Shown here one piece after another: positions 20,152-29,156 of a DNA stretch of 48,012 nucleotides (position 1 is the first letter of the stretch; each line of letters opens with the position of its first letter). The notes below the pieces were generated by a model that saw nothing but the letters and a program-made list of their open reading frames with translations, searched no databases and had not been told where the DNA came from. Position numbers and translations under genes: made by a program. Source of the DNA: Methanosarcinales archaeon (lineage in GTDB: Archaea > Halobacteriota > Syntropharchaeia > Alkanophagales > Methanospirareceae); NCBI GenBank assembly GCA_025464325.1, contig JAODGH010000032.1:1-48012 (forward strand), in the 5' to 3' direction.

Positions 20152-20460
20152 TTATTTTAAGAACTCCTCTAATGACTTCACCTTTGACACTCCTTCTTTA
20201 ACCTTGGTAATCATCTTAAATGAATCATCATCAACATAACGCTTACTTCTGACGTAACTTCCAACTTCACCATCACCTATTGCCCTTTTCAGTCTTTCGG
20301 TTTCCATACCTATCTGTTCATAATTGAACGTTGTCTGAGCTTTCCTTCTTCTGTACAAGGAATTGTCTAAAAGATATTCGGGCTTGACCCTGCTATCTAC
20401 TGGACAAATCGCTCTGACTTCTCTTGCTTCCTGGATTTTATGATACCCATAGGCATCTTT
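20152..20460 (-). pseudogene. 3' fragment of a gene, possibly tRNA-guanine transglycosylase-like
   Basis: Frame open from about 20493 with no start until an internal TTG; CPVD...FNYEQIGMETERLKRAIGDGEV.SY recalls TGT-family C-termini; AT-rich. Confidence 0.4.
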
Positions 20461-20875
20461 GCAAAAGTATGGGTATGAGCTTTTAATTCCTGATTATATC
20501 GTAAGGACTGGAATGAAAACCGATCTTGATATGCTCTATAGAGTAATAGAAAGAGGCGAAATGAGGACATTGTCGCAAATTCGAGGCGAAGATATTGAAG
20601 AACTTAGATTTAGATTTTCTTCCCTTAATCGGGGCGAGTTAGAAGTAATCTGGTGGGGAAGACATTTCAAAAGTGGAGGTGAAAAGTATCTATGTGCTCT
20701 GGATGATGGAAAAGCTCGCAGGGCAGCAAAAAAGTTGGGAATTGAAATAATCGGAACTTTAGGGATAATCGAAGTTTTGAATGAACTTGGAATAATAAAG
20801 AAAGAAGAAAGAATCGAGTTATGTGTAGAATTAAGAAACAAAGAGTTCCGAATGCCTAAGGACTACAAATGTTGA
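20459..20875 (+). pseudogene. N-terminally truncated DUF3368/PIN-domain nuclease
   Basis: LNRGELEVI, LDDGKARRAA, IGTLGII, FRMP; N-terminal catalytic Asp strand absent (in-frame TAG at 20450). Confidence 0.7.
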
Positions 20876-21029
20876 GATTGATATTCAAGCGGTATGGGTG
20901 TATCGCATAGTTGCGTATCAGGTAATGGCAATGGAAGGAAGAGTGAAATTGTCACAGGTGGAAATCGCACATTATATGCGTGTGACGGAGGCGATTGAAC
21001 TGACGAGGAAAGCGCAGGGAAGGAGGTAG
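20871..21029 (+). pseudogene. Remnant C-terminus of a Type ISP-like restriction-modification enzyme
   Basis: Manual translation AVWVYRIVAYQVMAMEGRVKLSQVEIAHYMRVTEAIELT matches the VWxYxIGxYQV...GRxLSxxEIxHY tail pattern. Confidence 0.55.
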
Positions 21030-21251
21030 AGGTGATATAGATCGGGATTTAGAGACATGAGAGAACCAGAAAAGGGGCCCTAACTAAGAATGAATTCCTA
21101 AGCAGCCATTTTTTGCGCCTGGGGGCTCTCGCTTTTTGTATCCTCAACTCTTCATCTTAGGGGGATATAATATAATAAAACCCATGATAAAACTACAAAG
21201 GACGGTAACGTATACAACATGATAATCCCATATAAAAGGTTGTTGATTTGA

Positions 21252-23981
21252 ATGGATAATAGAAACTGGTATCAACTCACAGTGGAAGAGGTTTTTGAAG
21301 CCTTAAAATCCAGCACTGCGGGACTCAGCACCAGCGAGTCAAAATCACGGCTTGCGAGATACGGCTATAACGAGCTGAAGTTCAGGCGACGAAGCACGCT
21401 CATCCGGTTCCTCATGCAGTTCCACAACGCCTTAATCTATATCCTGCTCGCTGCCGCATTCGTTACCGCAATTCTTGATATGTGGATGGATACCATAGCT
21501 ATCATGGCGGTGGTCTTTGCCAATACGATAATAGGCTTCATTCAGGAAGGCAAAGCAGAAGCTTCGATAGAGGCGCTGGATAAGATGATGACTCCGGAGT
21601 GCACCGTGCTCCGGGACGGTAAGAAACAGATCATACCGGCACGTGAACTGGTTCCCGGCGATGTGGTCCTGCTGGAAGAGGGAGACAAAGTGCCTGCGGA
21701 CTTACGGCTGTTCTACGCAAAGAACATGAGTGCCGATGAAGCCACTCTCACCGGGGAATCGATACCTGTGAACAAGGGCATTGAACCCATCACGAAAACG
21801 GACCTATCTCTCGCAGACCAGCGCTGCATGGCTTTCAGTGGCACTTTCATCACACGCGGTTCCGGGCAGGGCATCGTTGTGGCGACCGGTGAGCATACTG
21901 AGATGGGACGAATCGCAGAACTCATGAAATCAGCACCTAAAATCACCACTCCTCTGATGCGTAAGCTTGCGGACTTCACACGGTTTCTGGTCATCGCCAT
22001 CATCGCAATTGCAGCTCTTAATTTCATACTGGGGCTGTTATTTGGTTTCCCGCTCAGGTATTCGTTCCTTGCGTCGGTGGCGTTAGCGGTTGCGGCGATA
22101 CCGGAGGGTCTGCCTGCTATTGTGACCATAACCTTAGCCTTTGGTGTGACCGCAATGGCACGTCGAAATGCGCTTATAAAACGACTGCCCGCAGCAGAAA
22201 CGCTTGGTTGCACTACCGTTATATGCACAGATAAAACCGGCACACTCACAAAGAACCAGATGACCGTGTCCCGGATATACTGCGGAGGGAAAGTCTATGA
22301 GGTGACCGGTGCGGGATATGCCCCCTATGGTGAATTCATACTTGAGGATATAGCAATCAATCCGGCAGAAGCGGGAGAAGAGCTGATTGAACCCCTGAAA
22401 GCCGGTTATTTCTGTAATCATGCGTTCCTTATCGAGGCTGAGGACGTGTATAGCATTGCAGGCGACCCTACAGAAGGTGCTATGGTGGTCGCTGCACGCA
22501 AAGCAGGTATTAACGCACGTCTCCCACTACTCGATGAGATACCTTTTGTGGCTGAACAGCAGTATATGGCAACCCTGCACGAAGGTACTGATGCAGAAGA
22601 AAATGTAATCTACGTGAAAGGTTCTCCTGAAAAGGTCCTGGAGATGTGCCAGAACCAGCTGGTCAATGGAAGTACGGCACCTCTACGCAGAGAAGAGATA
22701 CTGACAGAGGCGGATGCGATGGCAGGCGAAGCTTTGAGAGTCCTTGGTATGGCGTATAAACGCGTACCGAAGACAAAAAAGAGACTCAAATCAGACGATT
22801 TGAATGGGTTTACCTTTCTCGGTCTCCAGGGCATGATAGACCCGTCCAGAGAAGAAGCAATAGATGCGGTTCAGAAATGCAAACGGGCAGGTATTAAGGT
22901 TGTGATGGTCACTGGCGACCACGCAAAGACGGCAAAAGCTATCGCACGACGGTTAGGAATTAGCAATGCTGAAGACCGGGTGATTACCGGCGGGGAGCTC
23001 TCACGAATGAGCGATGATGAGCTGTACGAGGTTGTAGATACCGTCCCGGTATACGCCCGGGCTGCTCCAGAACATAAGTTCAGAATAGTCACGCAGTTAC
23101 GGCGAAGAGGGCATATTATCGCCGTTACGGGCGATGGTGTGAACGATGCACCAGCGTTAAAGGCTGCGGATATCGGGATCGCAATGGGAATAACGGGAAC
23201 CGAGGTGAGCAAGGAGGCTGCGGATATGATTCTAACAGATGATAACTTCGCCAGTATCGTGTCCGCGGTGGAGGAGGGCAGACATGTCTTCGATACCATC
23301 AAGAAGGTCATCCTTTACACGCTGCCCACTAATGGTGGACAGACCCTGCTGGTACTGGGTGCGGTACTGCTTGCACACTTTATGCACCTGTTCAATCCAC
23401 TTTTTGGCGGGCGTCTACCTGTTGAGCCTGTACAAATCCTGTGGATAAATTTGATTGATGCCGTTGCTCTCGCACTGACGCTCATACGTGAGCCGAAGGA
23501 GAAGGGGTTACTTGATAGACCGCCTCGCAACCCTGATGAACGTATAACAGACAGCCCGTTTTTTAAGAAGGTCGGACTGGTATCGGTAGTAATGGCAGTT
23601 GCAGGCTTCACGGTATATTACTACTCCGGTGAGCCTGCCTTAGCCGGTTCCGTGGCGGACCCCGAATTACGACTGACGCAGGCGCAAACGGCTGCGTTCA
23701 CCACTGTTATGCTCGTCCATATCTGCTATCTCTTCACTGCAAGGTCAATAACAGAGTCTGCATTTACGTTCAGCCCGTTCTCTAATAGATGGGTGCTCAT
23801 CGGTGTCGCCGTAACGCTCGCGCTGCAGCTTACGGTGATATACGTCCTCCCATCAGGTGTTAACCCGTTGAGAACCGCACCTATACCTGTGGACTGGTGG
23901 ATAACCATGGTCATGGTCTCACTCCCGATATTCTTCATAATCGAGCTGGAGAAGTTCCTGACGAAGCGCTGGAAACGGTAA
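21252..23981 (+). CDS. P-type cation-transporting ATPase (P2A-like)
   Basis: TGES, IPEGLP, DKTGT, KGSPE, TGD, GDGVND. Confidence 0.96.
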   Translation: MDNRNWYQLTVEEVFEALKSSTAGLSTSESKSRLARYGYNELKFRRRSTLIRFLMQFHNALIYILLAAAFVTAILDMWMDTIAIMAVVFANTIIGFIQEGKAEASIEALDKMMTPECTVLRDGKKQIIPARELVPGDVVLLEEGDKVPADLRLFYAKNMSADEATLTGESIPVNKGIEPITKTDLSLADQRCMAFSGTFITRGSGQGIVVATGEHTEMGRIAELMKSAPKITTPLMRKLADFTRFLVIAIIAIAALNFILGLLFGFPLRYSFLASVALAVAAIPEGLPAIVTITLAFGVTAMARRNALIKRLPAAETLGCTTVICTDKTGTLTKNQMTVSRIYCGGKVYEVTGAGYAPYGEFILEDIAINPAEAGEELIEPLKAGYFCNHAFLIEAEDVYSIAGDPTEGAMVVAARKAGINARLPLLDEIPFVAEQQYMATLHEGTDAEENVIYVKGSPEKVLEMCQNQLVNGSTAPLRREEILTEADAMAGEALRVLGMAYKRVPKTKKRLKSDDLNGFTFLGLQGMIDPSREEAIDAVQKCKRAGIKVVMVTGDHAKTAKAIARRLGISNAEDRVITGGELSRMSDDELYEVVDTVPVYARAAPEHKFRIVTQLRRRGHIIAVTGDGVNDAPALKAADIGIAMGITGTEVSKEAADMILTDDNFASIVSAVEEGRHVFDTIKKVILYTLPTNGGQTLLVLGAVLLAHFMHLFNPLFGGRLPVEPVQILWINLIDAVALALTLIREPKEKGLLDRPPRNPDERITDSPFFKKVGLVSVVMAVAGFTVYYYSGEPALAGSVADPELRLTQAQTAAFTTVMLVHICYLFTARSITESAFTFSPFSNRWVLIGVAVTLALQLTVIYVLPSGVNPLRTAPIPVDWWITMVMVSLPIFFIIELEKFLTKRWKR

Positions 23982-24012
23982 CGCTTAAGGCAGACATAAA
24001 AAAACAGCAGTA

Positions 24013-24948
24013 TCATTCTCCCCCTAATTCGCTAAGATGTGCCCGAATTACATTCAGGCACTTTTCGCCGTATCGCATCATCTCACCATTCGTTATGCCT
24101 CTAATGAGTAACAGTTCTTCCATTGTTTGAGGCTTCCTGGCTGCTATCTCTTTCAATGTGGAATTATGGCAGACTTCGAAAGGTTCGATTCGCTCCGCTA
24201 TCGCTATTTCCCTCCTTAACCTACTTAATTTCGCAAATAACTCGTTATCATAATTTTCGGTAGTAGCAGTAGCAGTAGCGGTGGCATCATGAAGTCCGGT
24301 TTTTAGCACTCCGGGTGTGGTTATCTCCACTTCCTCCCGTTTCAATATGAACCTCACCCTCTTCCGCTCTATCAGCTCCTTTATCTCCTTCTCCGCACGT
24401 GTTAAGCCCGATGTGCCCGTTTTCACTTCTATAAAATCGATATACTCATCGCTAATCCCGATAAAATCAACGGGCTCTCCCAAAGGTATAATCCTCTTGT
24501 AATCGGCTAATATCCTTATAAGCGTTGTGAACTCCCCGACTCTGCCCTTTCTAACATTTATACCTGATTGTATGCTCTTGAGTACCTTATTCGGTAATTT
24601 GTCACCCATCTCCGCTATATTCCTGTCAAATTCCTTCAAATCCCGCAATGCACGTTCCAGCACCTCTTTTACGGGTTCTTTAACATCTTCAGGTAGCTCC
24701 TTGCGTATCCTCTCAAACAATTCCGCAACTGACTTCAGTGTGGTTGAAACGCCACCCACACGTTCTGATACCTCACTCACCGCTTCACGAACCGCTCTGG
24801 AGACATCTTCTCGTAGCCTCGTCGAGATGTCTTCGCTTAACTTTGTCGTATCTACCGCTACAGTCTCTCTTCTCCTCAGTGAAATGCCCAGGATGACCAG
24901 TACAAGCAGAATCGTCACGAGCAAGCCTATAATAACGTACTCAAGCAT
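24013..24948 (-). CDS. Membrane-anchored Holliday-junction-resolvase-like endonuclease with C-terminal HRDC domain
   Basis: N-terminal TM helix, coiled coil, GRVGE..LGEPVDFI..FIEVKTG..LT..E, Ala/Thr linker, LFAKLSRLRREIA..NSTLKEIA..PQT..L..IRGI...YGE. Confidence 0.82.
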   Translation of the reverse strand: MLEYVIIGLLVTILLVLVILGISLRRRETVAVDTTKLSEDISTRLREDVSRAVREAVSEVSERVGGVSTTLKSVAELFERIRKELPEDVKEPVKEVLERALRDLKEFDRNIAEMGDKLPNKVLKSIQSGINVRKGRVGEFTTLIRILADYKRIIPLGEPVDFIGISDEYIDFIEVKTGTSGLTRAEKEIKELIERKRVRFILKREEVEITTPGVLKTGLHDATATATATTENYDNELFAKLSRLRREIAIAERIEPFEVCHNSTLKEIAARKPQTMEELLLIRGITNGEMMRYGEKCLNVIRAHLSELGGE

Positions 24949-25159
24949 CTTTCCACTCCTTCATTAGATTAACCATTAATATTTATAGGTGGTTGGTATC
25001 TCTCACACGAGATAATAGCTTAGCCGTGCGCCACATTGTCGTGCTCTGACAGGTTTCTACTCTGCTGTAGATCGTTTTTTTCGGGCTGAACCGGTTTTTT
25101 GGCTAATCACAATTTATATATGGCCCGATAGCCAACTATGATTTGAGGTACATGCAAAA

Positions 25160-25912
25160 ATGGGTAAATATAGCGATGGGCTGGCATTCAAGTTGATAGC
25201 TTTATTTGCGATCTGTATAGCCATCGGGGGCATACTGTACATCAATACAAACGCGAATGCGATAGACAGCAGGGGCAATTCTTCAATAACTGTGACAGGA
25301 ACCGGGCTATTAAAAGCGGATCCGGATAAAGCCCGGATATGCCTGGGTGTAGAGACGCAATCGGACAATGTAACTGCAGCTTTAGAGGAGAACTCATTAA
25401 AAATGCGATCCGTAATCAAAGCGATAAAAGATATCGGGATATCGGGAGAGGATATAGAAACAACATACTTTGGTGTATATCCGATCAGGGATTACGAAAA
25501 GCGCAATAACGAAATCGTGGGCTACCGTGTGAGCAGCGAGGTTCAGGTCGAAGTTCGCGATCTTGAAAAGACAGGCAGAGTTATAGAAGAGGCGATGCGT
25601 GCAGGTGCCAACAAAGTGCGGAGTATTGAATTTGGACTGACGGACGCGAAAAGGGACAAGTTGCGTAACGAAGCGATAGAAAAGGCATGTAAAAATGCAA
25701 GAGCTAAAGCTGATGCGATAGCACGTGGTCTGGGACTGAGGATCGTCAGGATAAGAACCGCGAAGGAAAGCGGCGTGTATGTGAGACCATATAGATCCAG
25801 TGATTTAGATTATGTGGTTGCAACTGCAACTCCTGAAGCAGTACCACCACCAATCGAGCCGAAATCGGTGGATGTTAGTGCTACAATCGAGGTGGCTTAT
25901 GAGTGTATATAG
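25160..25912 (+). CDS. SIMPL (DUF541) domain exported protein
   Basis: N-terminal TM, ITVTGTG..PD, AGANKV, ARAKADAIA. Confidence 0.92.
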   Translation: MGKYSDGLAFKLIALFAICIAIGGILYINTNANAIDSRGNSSITVTGTGLLKADPDKARICLGVETQSDNVTAALEENSLKMRSVIKAIKDIGISGEDIETTYFGVYPIRDYEKRNNEIVGYRVSSEVQVEVRDLEKTGRVIEEAMRAGANKVRSIEFGLTDAKRDKLRNEAIEKACKNARAKADAIARGLGLRIVRIRTAKESGVYVRPYRSSDLDYVVATATPEAVPPPIEPKSVDVSATIEVAYECI

Positions 25913-26009
25913 CTAACGGATCGTGCTCCATTTTCGGGCATACGCTGGCGCCCGTTTAAATATAACAAGTTTTTTATATTTACTGGTCCAAATTTAGGAT
26001 AAATAAGAA

Positions 26010-26465
26010 ATGACGACGGTATACGACGTACCAGCGGATGAGCTGGTGAAGAGAGTGGCGGATAGATTGAAGAAGAACAAGCATATTCGCCTCCCCAAAT
26101 GGGCTATGGAAGTGAAGACCGGGGCACATAAAGAATTACCTCCTCAAGATAATGAATGGTGGTACGTACGTGCTGCATCCATGCTGAGGCAGATCTATAT
26201 GCACGGACCGGTGGGTGTGGCACGGCTACGTACGTATTATGGTGGCAGGGTGAGAAGAGGTACGAGACGGGAACGATTTAGAGAAGCTTCTGGTAAGGTT
26301 ATAAGGACGATATTGTCGCAGTTAGAAGAAGCTGGCTATGTTATTAAACCAGAGAAGATCAAGAAGGGACGGATGATATCACCAAAAGGGCAGTCTTTCC
26401 TCGATGATATCGCACATGATATAAAGCTTGAAATGCTTAAAGGAGGTGACCGCAGTGGCAAGTGA
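26010..26465 (+). CDS. rps19e: 30S ribosomal protein S19e
   Basis: [28 protein letters not shown]. Confidence 0.98.
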   Translation: MTTVYDVPADELVKRVADRLKKNKHIRLPKWAMEVKTGAHKELPPQDNEWWYVRAASMLRQIYMHGPVGVARLRTYYGGRVRRGTRRERFREASGKVIRTILSQLEEAGYVIKPEKIKKGRMISPKGQSFLDDIAHDIKLEMLKGGDRSGK

Positions 26466-26787
26466 CGAGGAACTGGAGGAGATAAGGCGTAAGAAGTACG
26501 AACAGTTGATGCAGGCGCAGGCGGGAGCTGCCGCGGAAGAAGAGAAGCAGCAGCAGATAGAGGAGGCAAAACGGAATATTATACGGCAGATACTCACGTC
26601 AGAAGCGCGAGAACGGTTGAATACGATAAGAATGGCAAAACCAGAATTCGCAGAACTGCTGGAGAACCAGCTGATTGCCCTCGCACAGAGTGGTCGGATC
26701 AAACAAATGATAAACGATGCCCAGCTCAAGGAGATTCTACGGCAGATAATGCCAAAGAAGCGTGATATATCCATAAGACGGATATAA
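26455..26787 (+). CDS. PDCD5-like DNA-binding protein
   Basis: [29 protein letters not shown] start after GGAGGT; usual rps19e neighbour. Confidence 0.93.
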   Translation: MASDEELEEIRRKKYEQLMQAQAGAAAEEEKQQQIEEAKRNIIRQILTSEARERLNTIRMAKPEFAELLENQLIALAQSGRIKQMINDAQLKEILRQIMPKKRDISIRRI

Positions 26788-26839
26788 TGAACTTCTTTTG
26801 ACTTATTCTATTTGATTCTATGACGCTGCTGCACAAACG

Positions 26840-27709
26840 ATGAAACGGGAAGAGGTCCTGATAGAAGCGCTGCCATATATTCGTAAGTTCTATGGCTCTA
26901 AAATCGTAATTAAGGTCGGTGGACACGCTCTGGTAGAGGAAAGTATCATGGATAACATCATGCGTGACACCGTTCTACTACGATATATCGGGATAAATCC
27001 TGTGGTTGTGCATGGTGGTGGTCCTGAAATAACAAGACTCATGGAACGGCTGGGTAAGAAACCAAAGTTTATTGGTGGGCTCCGTATCACGGATGATGAA
27101 ACGTTGGAGATAGCGCGGATGGTACTCGTCGGCAGTGTCAACGAACGCATAGTATCGCTGATTGGCAAGCATGGTGGAAAGGGTATCGGGCTATCGGGCA
27201 ATGATGGCCGGCTACTGGTAGCGAAGAAGAAGGATAAGCAGCACATGGCTGGTGAGGAGATAGACCTTGGATGGGTCGGTGAGATAGAAGAGATCAATGC
27301 AGAGCTGATAAATATTACGGCAGAGCACAATTATATACCCGTTATATCGCCGATTGCGGTAGACAGGGCAGGTAATAGCTTGAATGTGAATGCCGATTCG
27401 GTCGCTGCGGAGATAGCGTGTGCGATAAAAGCAAAGAAGCTAATATTGCTCACCGATGTTGTAGGGCTGCTACGTAACCCCGCGAATCCCGCTTCGCTTA
27501 TATCTCAGGCGACACCCACGCTGGTACAGGAACTCATATCGACCGGTGTCATAGCTGGTGGTATGCTACCAAAAGCAGAAGCATGCCTGAAAGCTGCAAA
27601 TCAAGGTGTCACCGCGCACATAATCGATGGTAGAGTACCACACACACTGCTGCTTGAGTTACTCACTGATAGTGGCATAGGTACCATGATAACCCCGGAT
27701 GAAGTTTGA
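26840..27709 (+). CDS. argB: Acetylglutamate kinase
   Basis: EALPYI, IKVGG, VHGGGP, GLRIT, NVNAD, GGMLPK. Confidence 0.97.
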   Translation: MKREEVLIEALPYIRKFYGSKIVIKVGGHALVEESIMDNIMRDTVLLRYIGINPVVVHGGGPEITRLMERLGKKPKFIGGLRITDDETLEIARMVLVGSVNERIVSLIGKHGGKGIGLSGNDGRLLVAKKKDKQHMAGEEIDLGWVGEIEEINAELINITAEHNYIPVISPIAVDRAGNSLNVNADSVAAEIACAIKAKKLILLTDVVGLLRNPANPASLISQATPTLVQELISTGVIAGGMLPKAEACLKAANQGVTAHIIDGRVPHTLLLELLTDSGIGTMITPDEV

Positions 27710-27744
27710 GTTAGCAGCCAGCCCGGGTCTTAGGTACGTAAAGT

Positions 27745-29142
27745 TTAACTGGTCGTACGTAAAGCCTCATAGAAACCATATGCAACACACACGGTGAAGA
27801 GCAGCTCGGTAACAGAAACCTGTCCGAGTGTACCGAACATACCTGCAAGTACGTACAGTAAACCCATAGTAACGCTGACCTGTACCATCACGAGTTTCGA
27901 AACATCTCTATCTGTACTTCTCTTCATCGCTTTTAATACTACCCGCGATCGCGGCAATCGTACATATCTTAGCATTGCCTTTATATCCCTCGATTCTGGT
28001 CCCGGTGTTAGTTTTAACCATAAAAACACGGAAAGCATCATTCCCGCAACCAGTATTGGAAAGGTAATGGCGATTCTCGGTGCTAAATGCCAGTCCCAGG
28101 GTCCATAAATCGGACTGAAATAGTACATCAAGCCGGATACGGCATTACCCCATTTGTCATGTGTCCCGGGTACGGTGATCCCTCGCAGCCATAAAAACCA
28201 TCCAAAACTACGGATGACTGATAAAATCAACCAGCTGAGATTGAGAAATGCCAGTGGAACTACAAATGCGTATGAGAAATAAAGCAGTGGTAATCGCACT
28301 GTTGTCCGATGTGCATACTTACCAGGTATCTTAAGCTCTACACGTGTGGTCAGTAGATAAACTAATATGAGGAATATAGCGATTGTAGAGAGGAGCGCGA
28401 TTAAGTTATGCTGGAACAGGAGGGTCATGTCGTATCCATGCGTTTGAGAAGCCTGCGGGAACAGAGCAGCCCGGCGCGGTATGACTCCTGCGAGAAGATC
28501 ATTCTGGTCCGGAAACCATCTAACGAGCCCGGTGATTAACCGCAGAGATACATCGGCAAGGATGAATAACGATATGCCCGAGCCTATACCCCAGCGTGAA
28601 ACCACTTCTTCAAGGTAGTATATCAGCACACCACCGAGGAATATCTGGATGAACAATATAATCGTGAGAATTCTGAGCGATACGCCGAGTTGGGTGGCAA
28701 ACCATGGATCGGGCTCATAGAAACCATGTAAATATACCATACTCATGAGGATAGAGAATACTACCACGAGCAGTTTCTGGATGTTCAGATACAGCGCTTG
28801 ATCTCTGGTATTGCTCAGATCAAGCTTCAGTAGCTTTGGTCCAGCCAATATCTGAGAGATGACTGCAGCGTATATGATCGGCTGGAGTCCAAGCGCGGTC
28901 AATGAGAACCGGTGTCCCGCGAATAGCGCTCGCCACCGAACAAAAAGGTCTATTGAGGCAGGTGACAGCCCAAAAAGAGGTATATTACTCAGGATAAAGT
29001 ATAACAGAAGAGGAATAGCGGTGAACATAAGCCTCACGGCAAATGGGACTCGACCCTGAGGCTGTGAGACCATGGGTATCCAGCGTAAAACCACACCTCT
29101 GTCCCGTGCAAATGTACACATACCCGTATAAAATGTACACAT
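27745..29142 (-). CDS. Divergent SecY paralog (start uncertain: 29142 or 29121)
   Basis: Colinear with the adjacent SecY along nearly its whole length (PLFGLSP, RFSLTALG, NIQKLLVVVFSI, WGIGSG, SPIYGPWDW); uninterrupted ORF. Confidence 0.85.
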   Translation of the reverse strand: MCTFYTGMCTFARDRGVVLRWIPMVSQPQGRVPFAVRLMFTAIPLLLYFILSNIPLFGLSPASIDLFVRWRALFAGHRFSLTALGLQPIIYAAVISQILAGPKLLKLDLSNTRDQALYLNIQKLLVVVFSILMSMVYLHGFYEPDPWFATQLGVSLRILTIILFIQIFLGGVLIYYLEEVVSRWGIGSGISLFILADVSLRLITGLVRWFPDQNDLLAGVIPRRAALFPQASQTHGYDMTLLFQHNLIALLSTIAIFLILVYLLTTRVELKIPGKYAHRTTVRLPLLYFSYAFVVPLAFLNLSWLILSVIRSFGWFLWLRGITVPGTHDKWGNAVSGLMYYFSPIYGPWDWHLAPRIAITFPILVAGMMLSVFLWLKLTPGPESRDIKAMLRYVRLPRSRVVLKAMKRSTDRDVSKLVMVQVSVTMGLLYVLAGMFGTLGQVSVTELLFTVCVAYGFYEALRTTS

Positions 29143-29150
29143 ACCCGTAT
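29110..29150. repeat. 20-bp direct repeat AAATGTACACATACCCGTAT x2
   Basis: Exact copies at 29110-29129 and 29131-29150 at the secY/secY2 junction. Confidence 0.95.
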
Positions 29151-29156
29151 TAAGAA

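Noticed and set aside
29110..29150. CRISPR array
   Set aside because: Two copies separated by 1 nt; no spacers or cas genes
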